Position numbers and translations under genes: made by a program. From contig JBLWGC010000197.1 of assembly GCA_048772705.1 (NCBI GenBank), forward strand, positions 1 to 5,302: a stretch of 5,302 bases of DNA. Reading direction: 5' to 3'. Positions 1-5,116 of this stretch are shown piece after piece. A model generated the notes under the pieces. It had not been told where the DNA came from and searched no databases. It saw only the letters and a list, made by a program, of their open reading frames with translations. The stretch comes from Leidyana gryllorum EB-2025a. Taxonomy: Eukaryota > Protista > Apicomplexa. Each line of letters opens with the position of its first letter. Within the stretch, counting starts at the first letter, position 1.

Positions 1-65
1 CCTAATGGATATGGCATCGGTCTACGGAACCGGGGGTTGCTGGGTTCGAGTCCCAGTCAGCGTCT
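1..65 (+). tRNA. tRNA-Arg(ACG), 5' end cut by window edge
   Basis: D-arm CCTAATGGATATGGC; anticodon arm TCGGT-CTACGGA-ACCGG; T-loop GGTTCGAGTCCC. Confidence 0.88.
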
Positions 66-106
66 GGGCGGCGAGTGGCAGCCTGTTGCGTCAACAACTA
101 TCAGAC

Positions 107-179
107 GGGCTGTTCTGGGAATCGAACCCCACGACTCCTTCCACCCAAAGGAAGAATCATACCACTAGACCAATCAGCC
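107..179 (-). tRNA. tRNA-Pro(TGG), slightly degenerate
   Basis: rc GGCTGATTGGTCTAGTGGTATGATT-CTTCC-TTTGGGT-GGAAG...GGTTCGATTCCCAGAACAGCCC; one acceptor mismatch and an extra base near the T-stem compared with 3665-3736. Confidence 0.82.
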
Positions 180-268
180 GCCTCTCGGTCGTGAAACCCG
201 CTGAATACAGTCGAGAGAGTGGTCATACCGGTGTTGAGAACAAAAAAATGCGATGGGGTCTGCACAAC

Positions 269-347
269 GGGCAGACTAGCTGGAAATGGTAGAGCGCTCG
301 CTTAGCATGCGAGAGGTACTCGGGATACTTGATGCCCAGGTCGTCCA
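269..347 (+). pseudogene. tRNA-Ala(AGC) with several insertions (pseudogene or read error)
   Basis: Intact anticodon arm CTCGC-TTAGCAT-GCGAG and 3' CCCAGGTCGTCCA; insertions in acceptor, D and T arms. Confidence 0.78.
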
Positions 348-359
348 AACTTCGTAGTC

Positions 360-419
360 TGCAATTCCCGGTATTTAAATACATATTTACGACCTTGGAA
401 GGGTCCAGAGCACAAGTGC
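360..419 (-). pseudogene. tRNA-Gly(TCC) remnant
   Basis: ttacgaccttggaagggtc...cacaagtgc matches the intact Gly(TCC) at 4750-4820; D-arm largely deleted, T-arm decayed. Confidence 0.72.
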
Positions 420-447
420 CGTCTAGAGAGTACGGTGCCGCAGCACC

Positions 448-521
448 CGGTCCTGGCAGGTTTCGAACCTGTGACTTTGTGGTTACACAGCCACACGCTC
501 TGCCGACTGAGCTACAAGACC
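448..521 (-). tRNA. tRNA-Asn-type body with 8-nt anticodon loop (CT-GTGT-AA)
   Basis: rc GGTCTTGTAGCTCAGTCGGCAGAGCG-TGTGG-CTGTGTAA-CCACA-AAGTCACAGGTTCGAAACCTGCCAGGACCG. Confidence 0.8.
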
Positions 522-537
522 CAGTGAAGTCTCACTA

Positions 538-611
538 GGGAGTGTAGCGCAGATCGGTAGCGCGTAGGTCTCATAATCTTGAAGTCGAGAGTTCGATCCT
601 CTCCACTCCCA
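538..611 (+). tRNA. tRNA-Met(CAT), elongator type
   Basis: Acceptor GGGAGTG/CACTCCC, loop CTCATAA, T-arm GAGAG-TTCGATC-CTCTC; weak anticodon stem with U31-U39. Confidence 0.88.
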
Positions 612-659
612 CGGTCGGAATCGGAACGAGCCGAGCAAACTCATCATGCTATCATTTTG

Positions 660-730
660 CCCATCCGTCGGGAATCCCACACGGGTTATCTCGATGGCAG
701 TGAGCGACTCTTCCACTAGACCACAGATGC
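660..730 (-). pseudogene. tRNA-Gly(GCC) pseudogene
   Basis: rc GCATCTGTGGTCTAGTGG...CTGCCATCGAGATAACCCG...GATTCCCGACGGATGG; colinear with 1592-1662 but TTC loop and anticodon stem broken. Confidence 0.8.
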
Positions 731-796
731 AGAACACAATCTTGTGAATCTTGTACGTGGTGACAGCCATTCCTTATAAGCCTATCGATGCATCAA

Positions 797-868
797 AGCC
801 TTCTGCCGGAATCGAACCGGCGACTTCTCGCTTACGAAGCGAACGCTCTGCCCCTAAGCTAAGAAGGC
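797..868 (-). tRNA. tRNA-Thr(CGT)
   Basis: rc GCCTTCTTAGCTTAGGGGCAGAGCG-TTCGC-TTCGTAA-GCGAG-AAGTCGCCGGTTCGATTCCGGCAGAAGGCT; full cloverleaf. Confidence 0.93.
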
Positions 869-894
869 AACTTAGCCCTGAGGCACCCACAGGG

Positions 895-953
895 GGCTGT
901 TTGGTCTAGTTATATGATTCCCTTCGGCTGGAAGAAGTCCTGGGTTCAATGCC
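895..953 (+). pseudogene. tRNA-Pro(CGG)-like pseudogene, 3' truncated
   Basis: GGCTGTTTGGTCTAGT..TATGATT..CCTTCGG.TGGAAGAAGTCCTGGGTTCAATGCC; 3' acceptor strand absent. Confidence 0.75.
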
Positions 954-959
954 ACGTCT

Positions 960-1014
960 CTCCAAGGTCGGCTACTATACGCGGCTCCCACTCGTACAAT
1001 CCCGAATGAAGTCC
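960..1014 (+). pseudogene. tRNA-Glu-family remnant with CTCCCAC loop
   Basis: ggctactatacgcggctcccactcgtacaatcc aligns with ggctaggatatgcggctcccacccgcacgatcc in 3014-3086. Confidence 0.62.
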
Positions 1015-1066
1015 AGACCAGCTGAGACAAAATCTAAGTTGCAGCAGTTGTGAGGGGCTGGAACTG

Positions 1067-1138
1067 CTCCGAGACCGGGAATCGAACCCGGGTCTTCCGC
1101 GTGACAGGCGGAAATACTAACCACTATACTATCTCGGA
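1067..1138 (-). tRNA. tRNA-Asp(GTC)
   Basis: rc TCCGAGATAGTATAGTGGTTAGTATT-TCCGC-CTGTCAC-GCGGA-AGACCCGGGTTCGATTCCCGGTCTCGGAG; perfect stems. Confidence 0.95.
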
Positions 1139-1231
1139 CGCTCCGAACACACCGGCCTGAAACCCCAAAAGTCCTTCATCTTGAGATTCCAGGGATAGAA
1201 AACGCGTGAAGCGGCGAGCCAACAACATCCC

Positions 1232-1311
1232 GGCAAGATGACCGAGTGGTATGAGGCGCTGTGCTCAGACCGGAGTCCGAAAGGTCGTGGGTTCGAATCC
1301 CACTTTTGTCA
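1232..1311 (+). tRNA. tRNA-Leu(CAG), degenerate (possible pseudogene)
   Basis: Class II body paralogous to 4603-4682; loop CTCAGAC; mismatches in D-arm, anticodon stem and variable arm. Confidence 0.75.
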
Positions 1312-1347
1312 GGTTGCGCCCCAAACGGGAAAAACATAGAGTCCGGT

Positions 1348-1419
1348 TGAGCCCAGAGTGATTCGAACACCCAACCTTCTTATCTGGAGTCAGACGCGCT
1401 ACCGTTGCGCCATAGGCCC
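1348..1419 (-). tRNA. tRNA-Trp(CCA)
   Basis: rc GGGCCTATGGCGCAACGGTAGCGCG-TCTGA-CTCCAGA-TAAGA-AGGTTGGGTGTTCGAATCACTCTGGGCTCA; one anticodon-stem mismatch. Confidence 0.88.
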
Positions 1420-1440
1420 AAAACCATCCCCCGTTCCAGA

Positions 1441-1511
1441 CTCATTTGCCGGCAATCGGCCCGCTTCTTAGGCGTGACATGCGAAAATAGTAACCACTAT
1501 GCTATCTCGGA
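1441..1511 (-). pseudogene. tRNA-Asp(GTC) pseudogene with Gly-like 3' end
   Basis: rc TCCGAGATAGCATAGTGGTTACTATTTTCGCATGTCACGC...CGATTGCCGGCAAATG; upstream flank cgctctgaacac resembles that of Asp 1067-1138. Confidence 0.8.
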
Positions 1512-1591
1512 CGCTCTGAACACGCCACGGACGTTCCATTCGTTCAGAAAACGGCCGTTACCATGTACGAGCTTCAACAACAAGGTGTCAC

Positions 1592-1662
1592 GCATCTGTG
1601 GTCTAGTGGTACAATGTCTCGTTGCCATCGAGACGACCCGGGTTCGATTGCCGGCAGATGCA
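1592..1662 (+). tRNA. tRNA-Gly(GCC)
   Basis: Acceptor GCATCTG/CAGATGC, TCTCG-TTGCCAT-CGAGA; C61 replaced by G in T-stem (GTTCGATTG), one D-stem mismatch. Confidence 0.87.
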
Positions 1663-1737
1663 GATGACACATGGTTGCTTTTCCACCATTCAAAAATTCA
1701 AGCGTGAGTTGGTGTTTAACCCTCCAACCACATCGCA

Positions 1738-1819
1738 CGACAACTGCTGGATTTGAACCAGCTCGGGCCCGGCTCAGTAGATTTCTAGTCTACCCCCTTA
1801 ACCAGTCGGGCAAGTTGCC
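1738..1819 (-). tRNA. tRNA-Ser(AGA)
   Basis: rc GGCAACTTGCCCGACTGGTTAAGGGG-GTAGA-CTAGAAA-TCTAC, long variable arm, GCTGGTTCAAATCCAGCAGTTGTCG. Confidence 0.87.
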
Positions 1820-1880
1820 GTTGTCGAACTTGGCATTTTGCGGCCAGTGGCTTCACATACGGTTCAGCAAGCTTTACTAG

Positions 1881-1953
1881 GACTGCTCGCGCCGCCCGAA
1901 CCCGCGGTTCTCCCTTCAAAAGTCTTGTGCTCTACCGACGGAGTTGGGGCGGC
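1881..1953 (-). pseudogene. tRNA-Lys(TTT) pseudogene
   Basis: rc GCCGCCCCAACTCCGTCGGTAGAGCACAAGACTTTTGA...CGCGGGTTCGGGC; colinear with Lys 3147-3219 including flank, 3' anticodon stem lost. Confidence 0.78.
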
Positions 1954-2051
1954 AAGAAAGCTCGGACTTGGTAACAAATTCCAGTCGTATTGATGGTGGA
2001 ATCTTTCCGAGACGGTTCGGCTCTCGGCCGAAGCCTAAACTCGAGCACTTG

Positions 2052-2124
2052 TCCACCGTAGTCTAAGTGGCTAGGGTATGCGGCTTTCACCCGCACGATC
2101 CGGGTTCAAGTCCCGGCAGTGGAA
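2052..2124 (+). tRNA. tRNA-Glu(TTC)
   Basis: TCCACCG...TGCGG-CTTTCAC-CCGCA...CCGGGTTCAAGTCCCGGCAGTGGAA; one C-A acceptor mismatch. Confidence 0.9.
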
Positions 2125-2200
2125 GTCATTAGAGTACTCGATCAAAGTGCTCTGATAACTTGCGTAAATAGGGACTGATGCGTGATTCCCGGCTTGCATT

Positions 2201-2272
2201 GCCTTCTTAGCTTAGGGGCAGAGCATTCGTTTAGTAAGCGAAAGGTCGCCGGTTCGATTCCGGCAGAAGGCT
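2201..2272 (+). tRNA. tRNA-Thr(AGT)
   Basis: GCCTTCT/AGAAGGC acceptor; TTCGT-TTAGTAA-GCGAA; GCCGG-TTCGATT-CCGGC. Confidence 0.92.
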
Positions 2273-2319
2273 TGCTCACGAGCCAATCTATCCTACAACT
2301 GTTCTCTTCTGCCCACACT

Positions 2320-2391
2320 TAGCAGTGCGTCGTTTCGATCGACGGATCTTTGGGTTATGAGCCCAACACTCTTCCACTGAGCTACACTGCT
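2320..2391 (-). tRNA. initiator tRNA-Met(CAT)
   Basis: rc AGCAGTGTAGCTCAGTGGAAGAGTG-TTGGG-CTCATAA-CCCAA...CGTCG-ATCGAAA-CGACG-CACTGCTA; A1-U72, GGG/CCC, A54 T-loop are eukaryotic initiator hallmarks. Confidence 0.94.
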
Positions 2392-2531
2392 TAGTCTGCA
2401 ACATGTCAGAGGTAGCCGAAATGCGATTCTCGACAGGTTAGTTGCGCTGACTGCCCTACCCAAGTGGGCTAACGAGGTGGCTGTTTTGGTTCTGGGGCAA
2501 CTTGTCCGATCGGGTCAACCGACGACCAAGA

Positions 2532-2598
2532 GGGCTGTGCTGGGAATCGAACCAGGACTCCACCCTGAGGAGGGGTCACAGCACTAGACCAAACAGCC
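2532..2598 (-). pseudogene. tRNA-Pro(AGG) pseudogene
   Basis: rc GGCTGTTTGGTCTAGTGCTGTGACCCCTCCTCAGGGTGGAGTCCTGGTTCGATTCCCAGCACAGCCC; about 5 nt deleted compared with 3665-3736. Confidence 0.8.
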
Positions 2599-2649
2599 CG
2601 TCGGACATAATATGTGAAGAACCACTAATTGCTATGGGGTCTGCACAGC

Positions 2650-2704
2650 GGGCGACTAGCTGGAATGATATAGCACAGCCACGACCGAATGGAGTTGATG
2701 CCCG
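2650..2704 (+). pseudogene. tRNA-Ala remnant
   Basis: GGGCGACTAGCTGGAATG...TTGATGCCC following the same atggggtctgcacagc flank that precedes Ala at 269 and 3825. Confidence 0.68.
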
Positions 2705-2715
2705 ATCACATAATA

Positions 2716-2796
2716 CGACAACTGCTGGATTCGAACCAGCGCGGGCCAGGCCAGTAGATTTCTAGTCTACCCCCTTAACCACTCGGGCAAGTTGCC
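2716..2796 (-). tRNA. tRNA-Ser(AGA)
   Basis: rc GGCAACTTGCCCGAGTGGTTAAGGGG-GTAGA-CTAGAAA-TCTAC-TGGCCTGGCCCGC-GCTGGTTCGAATCCAGCAGTTGTCG. Confidence 0.92.
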
Positions 2797-2878
2797 ACCT
2801 GTCGAATTCGACATGTCGCGGAAGTGACCAAATACCCCCATGTTCAGCCTGCCCTGCGGCATTGATAGATGTCTAAAC

Positions 2879-2927
2879 TGACCTCTCGCGTGCAAAGTCA
2901 CCGCTCTACCACTTGAGATAGCCGCCC
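2879..2927 (-). pseudogene. tRNA-Ala(TGC) pseudogene, T-arm/3' end lost
   Basis: rc GGGCGGCTATCTCAAGTGGTAGAGCGGTGAC-TTTGCAC-GCGAGAGGT matches the Ala body. Confidence 0.7.
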
Positions 2928-3013
2928 ACCCGCCAAACCTAGGTGAACTTCCAATCTGAGACCGAGTCACACTTCTCTGGCGCCTCATTCGTCAGTGCAA
3001 CTGTTGTGACTCG

Positions 3014-3086
3014 TCCACTGTAGTCTAAGTGGCTAGGATATGCGGCTCCCACCCGCACGATCCGGGTTCCAGTCCCGGCAGTGGAA
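3014..3086 (+). tRNA. tRNA-Glu-type body with CCC (Gly) anticodon
   Basis: TCCACTG/CAGTGGA; TGCGG-CTCCCAC-CCGCA; CCGGG-TTCCAGT-CCCGG; near-identical to Glu(TTC) 2052-2124. Confidence 0.85.
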
Positions 3087-3146
3087 CTCCAGCTGAGTGT
3101 GCTTGTAGGCAACAGTTCCATTTTTACTCCCAGGGAAATAGATGCA

Positions 3147-3219
3147 CACCGCCCGCGGGGCTCGAACCCGCGACTGCAAGATTAAGAGTCTTGCGCTCTA
3201 CCGACTGAGCTAGGGCGGC
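3147..3219 (-). tRNA. tRNA-Lys(CTT)
   Basis: rc GCCGCCCTAGCTCAGTCGGTAGAGCG-CAAGA-CTCTTAA-TCTTG-CAGTCGCGGGTTCGAGCCCCGCGGGCGGTG. Confidence 0.94.
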
Positions 3220-3347
3220 AAGGAAGCTCTAAACTTAGTTACACCCTATTTGCCCTTGGGTGGAGCAGTGGAAGGATTGACTGCTGGAACAATGTGCTCC
3301 AGTAACTTCCGTCAATAGTGACTGATGCGTGATTACCAGCTGATATT

Positions 3348-3419
3348 GCCTTCTTAGCTTAGGGGCAGAGCATTCGCTTAGTAAGCGAAAGGTCGCCGGT
3401 TCGATTCCGGCAGAAGGCT
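3348..3419 (+). tRNA. tRNA-Thr(AGT)
   Basis: Full cloverleaf; TTCGC-TTAGTAA-GCGAA; one substitution from 2201-2272. Confidence 0.94.
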
Positions 3420-3467
3420 TTGGTCACGAGCCGATCTATTCTAGACTGTTTCCCTTTTGCGCACACT

Positions 3468-3539
3468 TAGCAGTGAGTCGTTTCGATCGACTGACCTTTG
3501 GGTTATGAGCCCAACACTCTTCCGCTGAGCTGCACTGCT
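3468..3539 (-). tRNA. initiator tRNA-Met(CAT), second copy
   Basis: rc AGCAGTGCAGCTCAGCGGAAGAGTG-TTGGG-CTCATAA-CCCAA-AGGTC-AGTCG-ATCGAAA-CGACT-CACTGCTA; U8 replaced by C. Confidence 0.9.
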
Positions 3540-3664
3540 TAGTCTGCAACATGGAAGAGGTAGCCGAAATGCAATTCTTGAGATGTTAATTGCCTTGAGT
3601 GTCGACCCGGTGGCTGTGTTACTTCTAAAACTGCTTATCCCATCGGGTCAACCGACAACCCAGA

Positions 3665-3736
3665 GGGCTGTTCTGGGAATCGAACCCAGGACTCCTTCCA
3701 CCCTAAGGAAGGATCATACCACTAGACCAAACAGCC
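3665..3736 (-). tRNA. tRNA-Pro(AGG)
   Basis: rc GGCTGTTTGGTCTAGTGGTATGATC-CTTCC-TTAGGGT-GGAAG-GAGTCCTGGGTTCGATTCCCAGAACAGCCC. Confidence 0.93.
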
Positions 3737-3824
3737 GCCTGTCGGTCGTGCAATCCGCTGGGTACACTCGAGAGAGTGGTCATACTATGTGAAGTACCAC
3801 TAAATGCGATGGGGTCTGCACAGC

Positions 3825-3897
3825 GGGGGACTAGCTCAAATGGTGAAGCGCTCGCTTAGCGTGCAAGAGGTACTGGGATCAATGCCCAGGTCGTCCA
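3825..3897 (+). tRNA. tRNA-Ala(AGC), several mismatches
   Basis: GGGGGACTAGCTCAAATGGTGAAGCG-CTCGC-TTAGCGT-GCAAG-AGGTACTGGGATCAATGCCCAGGTCGTCCA; G3-U70 retained, A54-type T-loop. Confidence 0.82.
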
Positions 3898-3910
3898 AAG
3901 TTTGTCGTGC

Positions 3911-3983
3911 TGCAACTGGCGCTATTTGACTACAGAGTTGAGAGCTTTGAGGGTGCCCTGTAGCCCTTAGATGGACTTGGGCA
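3911..3983 (-). pseudogene. highly decayed tRNA-Gly(TCC) remnant (tentative)
   Basis: Same position between Ala and Asn as the 360-419 remnant; patchy matches to 4750-4820 (tgca.ctg.cg, agggt, cccttaga) over about one tRNA length. Confidence 0.4.
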
Positions 3984-4013
3984 CCGCAGTATGTGTGAAG
4001 GTTGCCTCAGAGA

Positions 4014-4071
4014 CCGGATCTGCGAGTTTGTATTTTACAACCACACGCTCTGCCGACTAAAGTACAAGAGC
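4014..4071 (-). pseudogene. tRNA-Asn pseudogene
   Basis: ccacacgctctgccgact...tacaaga matches 491-519; anticodon and T arms decayed. Confidence 0.72.
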
Positions 4072-4174
4072 CAGTTCAATATCTCAGAGGTTAGTAGAGA
4101 TACGCGTGTTGCATGTGTCCGGTTGAGGGCTAGTCCGGATGCTCTACCAACTCTTTTTTGTGAAGGAGTGAATG

Positions 4175-4246
4175 GGTTGCGTGGTGTAGTGGTTAGCACT
4201 GGAGACTCTGAATCTCCCGATCTGGGTTCAATTCCCGGCGCGACCT
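4175..4246 (+). tRNA. tRNA-Gln(CTG)
   Basis: GGTTGCG/CGCGACC; GGAGA-CTCTGAA-TCTCC; CTGGG-TTCAATT-CCCGG. Confidence 0.93.
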
Positions 4247-4309
4247 CGCAACTAATTCTCACTGCTTTGTGAAACCTCACCACTCCTCTTGATCTGCGGT
4301 ACCTTCGAC

Positions 4310-4382
4310 GCAGCCATCGTCTAGTGGTCACGACGTCTGCTTAACACGCAGAAGGTCCCGAGTTCGATCCTCGGTGGCTGTA
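4310..4382 (+). tRNA. tRNA-Val(AAC)
   Basis: GCAGCCA/TGGCTGT; TCTGC-TTAACAC-GCAGA; CCGAG-TTCGATC-CTCGG. Confidence 0.92.
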
Positions 4383-4435
4383 ACTCGCGCTTGTCAGGTG
4401 AGCACCACGAAATCTAAAGCAGAAGAACGAAGTGT

Positions 4436-4507
4436 CTCCGAGACCGGGAATCGAACCCAGGTCTTCCGAGTGAGAGGCGGGAATACTAAGCACTATACTA
4501 TCTCGGA
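4436..4507 (-). pseudogene. tRNA-Asp body with CTC (Glu) anticodon, probable pseudogene
   Basis: rc TCCGAGATAGTATAGTGCTTAGTATT-CCCGC-CTCTCAC-TCGGA...; paralogue of 1067-1138 with D-loop GG changed to GC and two anticodon-stem mismatches. Confidence 0.8.
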
Positions 4508-4602
4508 CGCTCGTGGATACTCCGGCCTTCAACCCCAAAAGTCCTCCCTTCTCGAGACTTCACAGACAGAAAGCGTGTAAAGTGGCGAGCCAAGGGCGCT
4601 CC

Positions 4603-4682
4603 GGCAAGATGGCCGAGTGGTCTAAGGCGCTGTGTTAAGGCCGCAGTCCGAAAGGGCGTGGGTTCGAATCCCACTCTTGTCA
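4603..4682 (+). tRNA. tRNA-Leu(AAG)
   Basis: GGCAAGA/TCTTGTC; CTGTG-TTAAGGC-CGCAG; variable arm TCCGAAAGGG; GTGGG-TTCGAAT-CCCAC. Confidence 0.94.
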
Positions 4683-4749
4683 ACCGTTGTATTGTATTGA
4701 GTCGTCCCCTCTCTTCACCGATAGACAGGTCGTTCGAGCTACAAACGGC

Positions 4750-4820
4750 TGCACCTGCCGGGACTCGAACCCGGGTTACGACCTTGGAAGGGTCGCATCT
4801 TACCCTTAGACCACAAGTGC
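4750..4820 (-). tRNA. tRNA-Gly(TCC)
   Basis: rc GCACTTGTGGTCTAAGGGTAAGATG-CGACC-CTTCCAA-GGTCG-TAACCCGGGTTCGAGTCCCGGCAGGTGCA. Confidence 0.93.
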
Positions 4821-4896
4821 AATTGCGAAAGATCTGCAGCACCCCGAGAGACTCGGGCAATTTCTGCTTCCAGTTGTCTGCAACCTACTCAAGAAC

Positions 4897-4954
4897 GGAC
4901 TGTTCGGGGATCGAATCGAGCACTTCCACAGACGAAGGAAACTGATACCACTAG
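4897..4954 (-). pseudogene. tRNA-Pro-family remnant
   Basis: ggactgttcggggatcgaa...cttccac...gaaggaa...ataccactag aligns with Pro copies at 107 and 3665. Confidence 0.6.
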
Positions 4955-5043
4955 CACTTCAACTCGACATACGGGACAGCGGCTCTCATACAGCTAGCAA
5001 GCTTGCCTCGGTCGAAACGGAACGTCGTCTGAGTGAGAGGATA

Positions 5044-5116
5044 TGATGCGGATCGGCCTCGGACCCACAACTCCCGGTTCCGAAGACCGATGCCCTATCC
5101 AGTAGGCCACCGCACC
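5044..5116 (-). pseudogene. tRNA-Arg(TCG) with damaged T-arm
   Basis: rc GGTGCGGTGGCCTACTGGATAGGGCA-TCGGT-CTTCGGA-ACCGG-GAGTT-GTGGG-TCCGAGG-CCGAT-CCGCATCA; TTC changed to TCC. Confidence 0.8.

Larger units (their letters stand above)
107..526. repeat. Segmental duplication (Pro-Ala-[Gly]-Asn), partner 3665-4075
   Basis: Shared spacer tcggtcgtg...tcgagagagtggtcatac...aaatgcgatggggtctgcaca and same gene order. Confidence 0.88.
1067..1311. repeat. Segmental duplication (Asp-/Leu+ divergent pair), partner 4436-4682
   Basis: Shared spacer ccggcct..aaccccaaaagtcct...agaaa.cgcgt...ggcgagccaa. Confidence 0.9.
1881..2704. repeat. Segmental duplication copy A (Lys-Glu-Thr-iMet-Pro-Ala), partner 3147-3897
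   Basis: Same gene order and orientation, with alignable spacers (gactgatgcgtgatt, tcacgagcc, ttagtctgcaacatg..agaggtagccgaaatgc, atcgggtcaaccgac, tatgtgaag.accactaa). Confidence 0.9.

Noticed and set aside
1232-1311. Selenocysteine or opal suppressor tRNA (TCA appears in the loop region)
   Set aside because: Alignment with Leu 4603-4682 places the anticodon at CAG. The length and arms do not fit tRNA-Sec.
2005-2035. T-loop-like GGTTCGGCTCTCGGCCGAAGC and local hairpin
   Set aside because: No matching D or anticodon arm found, so it could be chance.
1738-2796. Amber suppressor (CTA) reading of the two Ser genes
   Set aside because: The stem GTAGA/TCTAC fixes the loop as CT-AGA-AA, so the anticodon is AGA.
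4117-4152. Minus-strand AGTTGGTAGAGCATCCGG D-loop-like fragment
   Set aside because: Too short to assign, with no acceptor or T-arm. It may be a relic but cannot be supported as a feature.
5-4945. All 17 supplied ORFs (60-120 aa)
   Set aside because: They are short, overlap tRNA genes on either strand, and contain typical translated-tRNA peptides (e.g. GFEPA, GIEPRT, GSIPG). No recognisable protein family.
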